64,000 bases of DNA from Negaprion brevirostris (taxonomy: Eukaryota). Under the pieces are notes generated by a model, which did no database searches, was not told the origin of the DNA, and saw only the letters and a list, made by a program, of their open reading frames with translations. This document shows, piece by piece, positions 49,344 to 60,980 of the stretch. The stretch covers positions 48,719,185-48,783,184 of the forward strand of contig JARDVH010000042.1 in assembly GCA_030324005.1 (NCBI GenBank), read 5' to 3'. The position numbers and the translations under genes were made by a program. Position 1 is the first letter of the stretch; the number at the start of each line of letters is the position of its first letter.

Positions 49344-49937
49344 GGGGAAATCTTACCAAAAAATGGCAGAGTGTTGGTTTTGGCTTGCAAAACGGAGTGT
49401 TTTCCATTGACTGCTTCGGCATGTTCTCGGGCCGAATCTTATGCCTCATTAGAGATAAATTTATGCCTGTGGCATTTTCTCTCTGATTTGCCCACCCCGC
49501 AATGACTCAAATGCTGCAAGCACTGGGGAGCTCCATACAAAAGGCTCCCCAGCATTTGTTCCACAAGCACTGCACGGGATGGCAACCAAGAAGACAGCAA
49601 AGCACTTTTCGGACAGGGTACCTCACTAGGAGGCCAGATGGAGTGGAGTAGAGGCAGGACACACTCTACCCACCTCACCAGGACACGGCCTTCCTGCAGG
49701 GTCAACACCCCCTCCTGAGATGAAGTGGCAGCCATGGTCAATACAAGTGCATTCCAGAAGAGCGACAGGGCAGCAATGTTGGAAGAAGATCAATGCTCTT
49801 CTTCACTCAGCAACTCCACTGACGATAGATCAGTAAGATCGGAACTAGGAAACTTGCTGATGCGAATCGTTCCCTCCCAGCTTTGAGCACGTGCTACCAT
49901 TCCCCGCAGGTGGAAAGTGCAGGCTTAAAATCAGCCC
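49344..49937 (+). mobile_element. PIF/Harbinger deletion derivative retaining a Myb/SANT ORF fragment
   Basis: Termini ggggaaatcttacc / cttaaaatcagccc with left flank TTA. Internal Myb-like coding remnant (next entry). Confidence 0.75.
49579..49812 (+). pseudogene. Decayed Harbinger Myb/SANT-like (Myb_DNA-bind_5 / NAIF1-like) DNA-binding protein fragment
   Basis: With 3 frameshifts and 2 stops: MATKKTAKHFSDR/DLTRRPDGVE*RQDTLYPPH/TRPSCRVNTPS*DEVAAMVNTSAFQK/RTGQQCWKKINALLHSA. This fits the F(S/T)..L..L..V..R..L / W..VA..VN / RT..QC.KK..L pattern. Confidence 0.75.
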
Positions 49938-50110
49938 CATAGAAAAGTTACAGCAGAGAAGGCCATTCCGCCCATTGTGTTTGTGCTGGCTCTCTAGTTT
50001 TGCTAGTTCCACAGGTGCCATCTTTTTGCCCTAGCCCTGCAATTTCTTTTCATTTCAGGTACTTATCAAATTCCTTTCTGAAAGCTGTGATTGAATTTAA
50101 ATGCCACTTC
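49938..50110 (-). mobile_element. CR1 3' tail fragment
   Basis: catagaaaagttacagcagagaaggccattccgcccattgtg.. is the reverse-complement tail and 3' UTR. Confidence 0.7.
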
Positions 50111-51012
50111 CCACCCAGAACGGGCTTGAAGAGAGCACAGAGTGTTTGCTGTAGCAGAGAAAATTAACACAGCCCTTTGACTTTCCTAGAGGTTATTTTT
50201 GGAGGATTCAAGGTGTAGTCCATGAAAGGATAAAAATCTCCATGGTATTATGAAAGGTTCAATGCTCTCTCATTATACTTTGAACCCACACACATTAATA
50301 GCCAATAAGGGGTGCCAATTGTTACTGAATACTGCACTGCTTCAAAGTTAATCCTGGGCAAGCTCCTGGAAATGTTGGCAGGACCTGTTAATTAACATAT
50401 TTAATTGGCTAGAATTTGACATCAGTCAGTTTTCTAGTTTACAATGTAACGTGATTAACTTGTCACTATACAACTGGCTTATACAGCATATGTTTGGCTT
50501 GCATCAATGATTTCTACTTGGCGGTTTACTCCTTCTTTGGAACTTTGTCGGAGAAAAGAGCTGCCTCGTTTTCTCTGCAACTGATTTTCTACTTGTTGGA
50601 TTCCTATTTGTTGGGTGCTCATTTTCAATCATTTTAAAGAAATAAAATGGTAATTTTTTTACAAAATTTCAGAATGCTTGCTAAGGTGTTCACTTCGTGC
50701 CACTGGTCAATCTGTGCAGGCAAACTTGCTTGCAATTGACAAAGTACAAAGAAGAAAAACATTTAAACTTGAAAAAAAAATTAATTGCTCATTGCCTATT
50801 TTTTACAAAAGAGGATACACCCAGGGGTTAATGGTTGACAATAAATAAAGCGTGTGTGTTCAGGCTACCATAAATAATTGATGGCTGCCACTGTTGCCAC
50901 ATTTTCTTTAAACTCTAATCCCTGATTTTTATTTATACAACTCATCATTTGCTTCATTTCAGCAGAGGGTTACAACCAATTGTTGAAACCTTTCAGCGTA
51001 ACTAGACAGGTT

Positions 51013-52539
51013 GGCCTGAATTTTGGTAGACTGAAAGCTTCTACATTATGAGAATGGTGATGCAGGCCCAGATCTGAAGCTCTGCCTCCAAACACAGTAA
51101 CTACCATTTTCATGGGAGGGAGGTGTGTGTGTGTGTGTGTAAGAGCAAACAGTCCTAAACTGCATATCGATGGTTCACAGAGGCAACTGCATATGTCAAA
51201 TATGTAGCTGCCTCAAGCTGATTTGAGTTTTGTTCGTGAAATGCCCCAAATACGACTTACGTACTTTAGACCTGGTAGGAGGAAGTCTAAAGCTGCCAGT
51301 GTTCCTTGGAGCGGTACAGTATCATTTTGGATATGGTCCCAGGAAACCTTTGCGGGCAGCCAAGTACTCTTTGGGAGAGGTAAACTGCCCTTTGTGATTG
51401 TTAAAAATTGACGTAAGTATGCGTAAAAAGTGTATGAACGCATTGGAACTTTCAAACTTATTGGAACTGCCAAAAGAGCTGGCACAAGGATCTGTTAAAG
51501 GTGCTGTCAAACTGGCATTCCCCTTAACTACTTGAAAAAAAAGGCAGTGTTAAAAAAGGTGTCTTCTATTTCAGTCTATTGACATAAGCCTGAGGGTTTC
51601 CATTACAGCATTAGCACTGTGTGACTGATTTCACAACCTTTCGTTATGTGTGGTGCTCACCAATTCATAATTTTATTGACAGCTTCAAGTGCTTATAAAC
51701 TCTTTGAAGTGAGACTCTGAATTGCAATTTTTTTAAATTAGGGATTAAAGGAAGTTAGATGATGTGAATGGATGTTTAGCAATGAAAGCTTTTTAAAAAT
51801 AGTGAATTTGTCAGTAGACTCTTAAGAGCTTGACTGAATCTCAGCATGAGTCTTGAGGTCTGCCAAGGGTGGGTACTCGTCATGGTAGCTGTAAGGCAGT
51901 GGGTGTTCATTGGAGGCCTGGGTTAGCATGAGTTGGAATTAAGTTGACATGGAGCTATAAAGCACTATAGGAGGTGGGGCTAAGGGGCATAGGTTGTCAT
52001 GGAGGATATGAGAAGCCATGAGGAGTAGAGAGGGCATAGGTGACATGGAGGCTATGAGGNNNNNNNNNNNNNNNNNNNNNNNNNNNNNNNNNNNNNNNNN
52101 NNNNNNNNNNNNNNNNNNNNNNNNNNNNNNNNNNNNNNNNNNNNNNNNNNNNNNNNNNNCTATGAGGGGACATAGGGGATGAATAAAGAACATAGGTTAG
52201 AATGGAGGATGTGAGGGGCCAAGGGAATGAATGCAGGAATATAGGTTGATATGGAAGGTATGAGAGGTCATGAGCGATGAAAGGACTTTACTGCATTAAA
52301 GGCAATGAGTTGGCATGGATGGGGTTTAGGGAGTGTGGGAGGGGCCTTCTGTCCAGCCCATCTCCACACCTGACAGCCTCTGCACAGTTTGAGGTCGCAC
52401 AACACAACTCCCATAAAATGCACCCCCACCCTCTGGAATGAAAATCTGAAGTTCCAGGGAATTTTATTCCAGGTTAGGGTTGGAGAGCTAGGAATTGTCC
52501 CAACTCTGCATTCTCACCCCAGGCACAAAGGTTCAAGCT
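51013..52539. mobile_element. PIF/Harbinger-like non-autonomous element
   Basis: Termini ggcctgaattttg / caaaggttcaagct with a perfect 3-bp TSD GTT/GTT. Contains (GT)n at 51123-51140 and a minisatellite. Confidence 0.6.
51925..52280. repeat. ~45-bp minisatellite (gapped)
   Basis: Recurrent unit ~gggcataggttgacatggaggatatgaggggccatgagga.. with at least 5 visible copies around a 100-N gap. Confidence 0.75.
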
Positions 52540-53550
52540 GTTGGTCATTATGGCTGCAACACTGAGTTGTGAGAGTGCAGCTATGACCAAAACAAATCAC
52601 CTCCAAAGTTAAATGCCACATTATTTATTTTCTTTTATATCCCTCCTGTCTGTTCAGTATAAATATATTTCTGTGCCAAGTACAGATGTTATGAGCTCTT
52701 TCCATCCTGTCTGACATCCCATCATGTTCAATGAGCCTGTAGTTATAAAGAGAAATAATAACACAATTTTAATAGTTACATTTTACTATGTTAAAGGCAG
52801 CATATAAATGCAATTTGTTGCAAAGTTCTCAGTGAGGCACATATCCGATTAGAGCCAAGGCTTCTGTTCTTACTTCCCCGGGCAGATATTTCAAAACTCT
52901 CCTTCCAATCGTGTAACTTTTACTCTTTAGTTTCTTTCAATCAATATAAACGAAAACTAGATGGACAATCCGCCCCAGCAGTTTTCAGTCCAAACTACCT
53001 GCAATGTATCTGAACATTACATTTACTTGTTACATACCCACTGTGGGATGCTTACTGATAGTCAAATGGTATGGTAACAACTTGCCACATCCTTTACATA
53101 CAGGAGGCAGCCAGTAGCAACCAAAAGAGAACTAGGACTTCTAACTTTAGACATCCAACCCCATATGAGGAAGAAGTTCTTCAGATCCTGGGGGCCTTAG
53201 AGAGTATCAAAAAAAGGAATGCATTGAACAGATGACAGACAATTGTGAACCTCCACTGTTGCTCCTTCCCATTCATTTGCTTCCAAAGAAATGATGGCCT
53301 AAAACACTTGATCTGGTTAATTCTTGTGCTTTTTTTCCTCTTCTCTTTCTCCCCTGTGACAAAGGAAGATGTGTTAAGCCCCATTACATCGTGTCATGCC
53401 AGCACATCATACCACATCACACACTGTTATTCACTTTCTCCCTCCTAAGCACCAGATCAGATGTGTCCAACAAGGGGCTTCCTACCCCCATTAAATTCAA
53501 CATTGGAAATGCATGGTGCATAAAGATAGTTCATGATGCTGATGTGACTG

Positions 53551-53830
53551 ATCATAGGAACATAAGAAATAGGAGCAGGAGTAGGCCATCTAGCCCTTCG
53601 AGCCTGCCCCGCCATTCAATANNNNNNNNNNNNNNNNNNNNNNNNNNNNNNNNNNNNNNNNNNNNNNNNNNNNNNNNNNNNNNNNNNNNNNNNNNNNNNN
53701 NNNNNNNNNNNNNNNNNNNNNCTTTGTTGACATTTAAACCTCTCCCAATCCTCTTCTCGCCCACTACTCTTAGCTACTCTAAATGCCTCTGCTTTTAACT
53801 TAACACTTTCCTTCACCTCCTTCGTTATCA
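53551..53830 (-). mobile_element. CR1 LINE, interior lost in gap
   Basis: Tail (cataggaacataagaaataggagcaggagtaggccat) lies left of the gap. ITKEVKESVKLKAEAFRVAKSSGREEDWERFKCQQ (post-endonuclease linker) lies right of it. Confidence 0.8.
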
Positions 53831-55228
53831 CAATATCGCATTCGTTATCGCATTAGTTCAACTGGGGGATAATACCCAGCTGCAAATCGGGCATTAACTA
53901 TTGGTAAATTACAGCACAATTCTAATTTTAATAGTTTTGCAGATGCGTTTAATGCCTAATTTTTAGCCTGTAGTCCAGATTTTCGTACCTTTCACCACAC
54001 TGAGTAATTTAAAACAAATATAATAAATAATAGAATAAACTTTGCTCAATTGAAAACTTATTTTTCTTTCTAAAGGGGGCCCTTAACACAACCTCTCGTG
54101 AGGGGCCTGGATAATTTCTGTATTGATGTGAATTTGAAGCGAAATGTATAAACCTAAAAACGCACTAACAGATGGAAAAGTAAACTAAACATTTAATTAT
54201 AATCTAAAAAAAATAAACCTACAGGCATGGCAAGGATGGAGCAGGAAATGGAATCACTCCGTTTTAACTGCATAGTTTTCCCCTGCCAATAAGGGAGTTA
54301 AAATTTTAACATTTTATTTTGAGATTGTTTTTACAATTTTCCTTGTCGATCTTTTCTCTTTATTTCTCTGCCAATACTTAGTCGATTAGCAGGCTTTGTG
54401 CCATGTGTTTTGACATTCAAATTATTTGGAGTATTCACAATATTAGCGCAATAAGTTCCCATATGGGAATCTCCCGATACATATCTGTTCAACAAGGGGG
54501 AAGAGATCTTGGTGGATGCCAAGCAAGTCAGGCTGCACTAGAATCTCATTGATCTGTCTAGCCTTACCCTCATACCCTTGCTTACAGTCAGGAGCACACT
54601 TATTTATTTTAGTCAAAGCAGCTCTGACGGCACATGTTCTGAGTCAGTGGTGAAGAAACAATATACCGTGTAATCTGCTGCATTGAGGCTGGAAACTAAG
54701 GTGCAGCACAGGGCTGTCACTACTAGCAACAAGTATAACTGGATGCACTCTCAAGCTGCCTCTGCTTTCTCCCACTCTGAAATTCTTGCCAAAGTGGAGG
54801 GCGTTTTTGAGTTTGCNNNNNNNNNNNNNNNNNNNNNNNNNNNNNNNNNNNNNNNNNNNNNNNNNNNNNNNNNNNNNNNNNNNNNNNNNNNNNNNNNNNN
54901 NNNNNNNNNNNNNNNNTTTTTGAGTTTGCAAACCTGGCTAAGATCATCACTGTCACTTCACCCACAACACTACCACAGGTATCAGAGTGGGTATTTTGAG
55001 TACTGTGACAGTACTGAGACAGTCTCTTCCTTCTATGCTGTTCCTAATGGACAATTGCATAAGATAAATCAAGAAACAGAGTCTGTATTACAGACAGGAA
55101 GGATGATAGCAAGATCTGAGAATGAGACCAATTGTTGCGCATGGGAAGAAGGTAGAGAAGGAAGCTTGAAGCATGTCAAGTGTACTGTACTCACAGCCCA
55201 GATGCCAGAGAACAAAGTGAGATTTTTC

Positions 55229-56224
55229 TAAGTTTATTTGTGTCACAAGTAGGCTTACAGTAACACTGCAATGAAGTTATTGTAAAACTCCCTAGTCGCC
55301 ACATAATGGCACCTGTTCAGGTACACTGAGGGAGATCAATGCACCTAACCACCTGGGTGTCCTAGTGCACCAGTCGCTGAAGGTAAGCATGTAAGTGCAG
55401 CAGGCAGTAAAAAAGGCAAATGGTATGTTGGCCTTCATTGTGAGGGGTTTTGAGTACAGGAGCTGGAATGTGTTGCGGCAATTATACAGGGCCTTGGTGA
55501 AGCTACACCGAGAATATTATGTGCAGTTTTGGTCTCCTTTTCTGAGGAAGGTTGTGCTTGCTCTTGAGGGAGTGCAATGAAGGTTTACCAGGCTGATTCC
55601 AGGGATGACAGGACTGATGTATGAGGAGAGATTGACTAGGTTAGGATTGTTTTCGCTAGAATTCAGACAGATGAGGTGGATCTCATAAAGCTTTATAAAA
55701 CTCTAACAGGACTAGACAGGGTAGATGCAGGGAGGATGGTCCCGATGGTGGGAGTGTCTAGAACCATAGATCACAATCTGAGGATTTAGGGTAGGCTATT
55801 TAGGATGGAGGTGAGGAGACATTTCTTCACCTAAAAGAATGGTGAGCCTGTGGAATTCATTACCACAAGAAGTGGTTGGTGCCAAAACATTGAATGTATT
55901 CAAGAGGGGGCTAGATATAGCACTTGGGGTAAATGTGTTCAAAAGGTTATGGGGAGAAAACAGGATTAGGCTACTGAGTTGGATGATCAGCAATGATCGT
56001 AATGAATGGCAGAGCAGATTCAAAGGGCCAAGTAATTTCCTCCTGCTCCTATCTTCTATGTTTAACCAGCACGTCTTTCAGATTGTGGGAAGAAACCAGA
56101 ACACTTGGGAGAAACTCACGCAGACACAGGGAGAATGTGCAGATATCACACAGACAGTGACCTGAGCGGGAATTGAAGCCAGGTCCCTGGCACTGTGAGG
56201 CAGCAGTGCTAACCACTGTGCTAT
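55229..56224 (-). mobile_element. V-SINE with alternative tail, split by a CR1 insertion (SINE parts 55229-55351 and 56063-56224)
   Basis: Tail (tttatttgtgtcacaagtaggcttacagtaacactgcaatgaagtt) and head/V-domain join seamlessly when 55352-56068 (CR1 plus one TAACCA copy) is removed. Confidence 0.88.
55352..56062 (+). mobile_element. CR1 LINE, 5'-truncated, nested in V-SINE
   Basis: QQAVKKANGMLAFIVRGFEYRS..LYRALVK; VSLWNSLPQEVV; tail ctcctgctcctatcttctatgtt. TSD TAACCA at 55346-55351 / 56063-56068. Confidence 0.92.
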
Positions 56225-56811
56225 CTAAACACTGATCAGCATAATATTTGACCCAGGCGCCAACAGTATTAAAGTGCATCACTCCCCAAACTCATCATTT
56301 CCACAGGAAAGGCTGTCAAAAGGATGCTTAATGCTCCACCCGTCATTTTGTACACATCTGCACATAAGAATTTACATATTTGCAAATCAGATCAGTGAAA
56401 AAAAGTATTCATTGCCTGCAAATTCTAAATTTGTTTAACAGCGTAGCTCAATTCCAGCAATCTTTGTGGAAACTTTTGATCAATTTCCTGTTGGGTTAAA
56501 ACTGGTATCCTTTGAATAATTTAGTAAAGTGTGGTCCCTCGTACATTCAATCTTTGAGTTGCAGTGTAATTGCAGTTTTAAGAATGGGAAGTTTTTTTTA
56601 AAGCAGTTCTAGTACTATGAATATACACATACATAGCTTAATGGGTTCTATTCAATTTGCCATGATAACATTTGATGATCATGTCCACAGTATCATGCAA
56701 GAAACATTCCCCAACATTGAATAACATTCCAGTTATTAGACAGGAAATAATCTTGTACTGCATATCTCTTTCTCAATGTCTAGGTTTCCTGCCACAACAC
56801 AGACATTGATA

Positions 56812-57140
56812 CATAAAAACATAGAAACAAGAAGCAGGAGTATGCCATTCGGCCCTTTGATCCTGCTCCGCCATCCATGAGAATCATGGCTTATCGTCAA
56901 NNNNNNNNNNNNNNNNNNNNNNNNNNNNNNNNNNNNNNNNNNNNNNNNNNNNNNNNNNNNNNNNNNNNNNNNNNNNNNNNNNNNNNNNNNNNNNNNNNNN
57001 CGCTCCCCCCCCCCCCCACCCTGTTCTCCCCATCTCCCTTGATCCCTTTAGCCCCAAGAGCTATACAATGTTTTGGTCTCAACTGCCTTCTGTGGTAGTG
57101 AATTCCACACATTCACCACTCACTGGGTGAAGAAACTTTT
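56812..57140 (-). mobile_element. CR1 3' end (gapped)
   Basis: catagaaacaagaagcaggagtatgccattcggcccttt tail; tgaattccacacattcaccactcactgggtgaagaa = FFTQ*VVNVWNS on the minus strand. Confidence 0.85.
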
Positions 57141-58875
57141 CTATTCCTGATACATGCGGTACACATTTTTATTTTCATTAGTTATAGTCTAATAATATTG
57201 CACAATCCACAATGCAAACATTGCAGTCCATGATTATGATGAAAAAATATTAATAAGATGAATAATAAAAGGGAGGAAACAAGTGATGGGATAAGACTTG
57301 GTGGCTCATTTTAAAAGGAGAGAGATTTGATCTAGTGTTTTTATTTTGTTACATCTGTGACTCAGTTTTCTCCAAGAAGAAAATCTGATAGTTAATGGGC
57401 TATTCCAAAAATGCTTCCACTAACCTACACATTTTATGAATATAATTTGCATCCTTACTTTTCAGACTGAATAGTTTCCGTGATTATAACCTATTAACCT
57501 TGAATTTTCTAATTCCAGCTGTTTGATGTCTTTTCAACTGGCGCTCTCATTTATTTATTTCAGAAGGTTTCACCACATGCTCCTTGATGCTCACTAGTTA
57601 GCTGAAGTAAATGGTTTCATTTCAATCTTAGTGGAGTAGTCTGATTATCCCATTTCCTTTTGTTTTTCCCCAGATTCCAGAGTGAGAAAATTCGAAACAT
57701 TATGTTGGTGACATAGCTCCAATTGAAGCTTGTTAGGGCATCAGAGGCACAAACAGGTCATCTGGACCTGAAATCAGTATCCCAGAATGCCTGTAGCCAA
57801 CATCCTGTTCAGCTTAACTGAAGTAGAATAGGGAAATCAGTGGCTGCTATCTCTTCCCATTGCCCTATTTACACGTGAGCAATGTTCTGGCAGCTAGTTC
57901 CACACTGTCAAAAGATCTATTGGAAATTATTACGCCTGGTATATGTGTAAATCCAGAAAAGCCAGTGAGCACGGTCAATTATAAACAAGTCTGTTGGTCA
58001 TTCAACTACATCTTCAAGTAGCAGTAATTTGCTGACAGATGTTAATGACTAAATAGTCAATTAACAACACCAACCATCGCCTCGTGACATTCAAAGAATT
58101 AAGAATATGAAATACTACTGTATGTCACACAATACAAAACCACATACAATATGGGCAAAATTTAATGCCGTCCCCCAAGGTGAGTTGGGAGGCCAGGGTA
58201 CATTTAACTGAGTTAGAAGGCCTGCTACGTGGGTCACGAAATGGCAACACAAATTCAGCGATAATCGTGCAAACATCCAGAACAATAGGTCACCCTAGGT
58301 GGGGCTCAGTAAAGAGACTGTGCAATCTGACAACACAGAACTACAGGACAAAATTCGATAAGAGAACACAAACTCTGTCTAATCCGATAACACACAAGAA
58401 TCAGAACATTGGTCTGATATCAGACATACATTACACAGGGAATGTAAGAGACCATACAGAGGACAACAGGGTCTTCACTTTAGCCAGTCTGTTCCCAGCT
58501 AAATCAACTATTCCCAGTAAATAACAACTGAAATCACAAATGTTGACTGACAAAACCGGGCACCAATTGACTTCCGGTTGGATTTCCTGGTTGTTCTGGT
58601 TTCACTCCATGGTGTATACCAGCTACTCCAATTTCAGGCCTATAAGCCACAACTACCCTTTTCAGATAGTTTCAACTGATCTTTCCTTCCAGGAAACCCC
58701 TTTGTAATTTTAAGATACCAGTGTAAAAGTGGGACATTAGGAATGTGGATTTATTTACATCAATTGTTACAATGGCTATATTTAACTAGAGGTTCTGGTT
58801 ATTTCTGAAATTCAGAGTGTCACTGTGAGTTTGCGGTCACAACACATGGCTACATACACACTGCTGCTATTCCTG

Positions 58876-59527
58876 GGGCTGAATTATTTTTTCCCTCGGG
58901 TATGTGTATGAGAAATGGACATGAAATACGTTTCCAGCTGCAGTCAGCCCCAGGACGCGATTTCATGCCGACTGGCTAACCAACGGGGCCAGGCAGTGTG
59001 AAAAACGCACTCTGGAAGACTGAGCATTGCTGGGGAGGGCAGGAAAATGTCCACCTGCACCAAGTGAAACCACAGTGCAGGTGAGCACTTCCAACAAGCT
59101 CCCTGAAGGTTGATGACTGCCTCAGGGAGCTGCTAGATTGTTCCAATGACATTCGCACCAAAACAATCAGAATTAAGCAACTGACAGCATAACACTCAAC
59201 CCTCAAACATTTTCTTTTATTTAATCCTAAACATGTTGTAATGGATTGGAAATGAAAAATCGTGAATGCCGCCTGGTCAATTAGCCCGTTTGCCGAGCGT
59301 AAAAGCATGTAAAATTTGGCCACGTGAAATTTGGGCCACTTGCGTGCCTGATGGGCTTAACTATGCTTTCGATTGTTGGCGGGCACACCTTGGACTCTCG
59401 CATGTACCTGCTGACAGAAAGATCATACGAGGGTGCCATGACGTCAGAACGTGTGCCCAACTTCTTCTCACAAGTTTGTGCGAGTTCAGATCAGGCAAGC
59501 TCCCTCAAGGTCTACAAAATTCTCTCC
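58876..59527. mobile_element. PIF/Harbinger-like non-autonomous element
   Basis: Termini gggctgaattatt / caaaattctctcc. Subterminal regions are CpG-richer than the flanks. Confidence 0.5.
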
Positions 59528-60252
59528 TGGGTTCCAGAAAGAAGCAGATTCTGAAAAATTTTATTTCCCCTTGCAACCAATGATGTCACTGCAGAGAATT
59601 ATTTTGGGAGCTGTGGCACAACTATTACATTTTTGCTTTAAATAGACTCAGGGCATCATTCAAAGCAGTCATGTGATCTGGGTCAGTAAACAGCTGGACA
59701 TGAATAAGTATAAACTGTTTGTTCTCTATTAGCGGGAAGCTGGTCGCCTGTGACCTGCACTGGTACCATTTGTACTAATGACATGAATGAAGAGATTTAG
59801 GGTTGGATGTCCTATGCAGCTGACACTAAACTTGAAGTACATTGTGTAAATGGGAGCAGGCAGTCTGAGGTCATTCATTTTGTGATTTTATTTTCTTCAT
59901 GGTGAGAGGCTAAGTTGTGAAGGAGTGAAAGGCTTTTGGGTCAATGTATATCACCAAACACCAGTGCATTGGGACAAAGAATATCAACAAGGCCAGTGGA
60001 TTATTGATCTTTATCTCATGAAGACTGAAATAGCAAAGTGAAGAGCTGGGGGTTCAGCTGTGCAGATCCAGGATCAGACCCCACCCAGGGTTCAATTTTG
60101 AGCATCAGAAAATTGGAACCCAGGCCTAAACGGTTAAATTGCTAAGACTGGCTGCATAAACCTGGTTCATAATGCTCTGAGTTTAGAACGGCGTGGGATG
60201 ATCAAATGGAGAAATGTAAAATAGTTTGAGATTTTGATAGGGGAAATACAAT

Positions 60253-60452
60253 GGTTGGCATTTTCCGCCCTTTCCCACTGGCATGATCTTCTAGTCCCAC
60301 CGAAGGTGACCCCCTCACAGCAAGTTCCCCAGTAACAAATCAATGAGCCATGTAAAATGTCGTAGACATCTGCGGGACCAGAAGATATCACCAATGGCGA
60401 GTCGCCTCCACGGCCAGAAAAAAAGCCGTAGAAGGGCTGGAAAATCCTTCCC
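60253..60452 (+). mobile_element. ~200-bp Harbinger-like MITE (family A)
   Basis: Aligns with 46278-46480. Termini ggttggcattttcc / ggaaaatccttccc. Confidence 0.7.
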
Positions 60453-60458
60453 GCTAAC

Positions 60459-60980
60459 AGAAGGGATTTCTATTCCAGGGTCAGGAACCCAATGCCAGGA
60501 CGAGTTCTGGGTTGCAATCCAGTATGTTCATCATATAGTACCTCAGTTATTAATAGACCAGGCCACTTAACAACAAGGGACGACTCTGTTTGTCCATTTA
60601 AGAACAGCGGGCAGTTTCCCAAGTCTGGATGTCCGATAGGAGCCAAGGTTGGAGCTTACTTAATGGACAGACAGAAGGCACCAGGACATGAAAGAAAAGG
60701 TCAGATTTATTTCCAAGTTGAAATCCGGCCACCTCAGCCTGGCTGTGACCGTGGATGGATAAAGCCCTCAAATTGAGGACGGCCTTTTCCCCACATCAAC
60801 TGGGATAGTCGATCAACATGTGGGCTTTGCAGTCACCATGCTTCTGGGCAACTGCAACTGCTTGTGGATGAGTAACCATTCTGTCTTTGACCCAGCCTCT
60901 TAAAATGGCTTGAGGTTAAGATCAGGCATAGATTCAGCAAGACCTCAGATCCCAACCTCAACAAACTGAAAATCTCACCC
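60459..60980. mobile_element. Harbinger-like non-autonomous element
   Basis: Termini agaagggatttc / gaaaatctcaccc followed by AAT. Confidence 0.5.

Noticed and set aside
58222-58242. tRNA-Trp PBS-like motif on the minus strand (tcgtgacccacgt)
   Set aside because: Too many mismatches/indels, and no definable adjacent LTR or internal domain.
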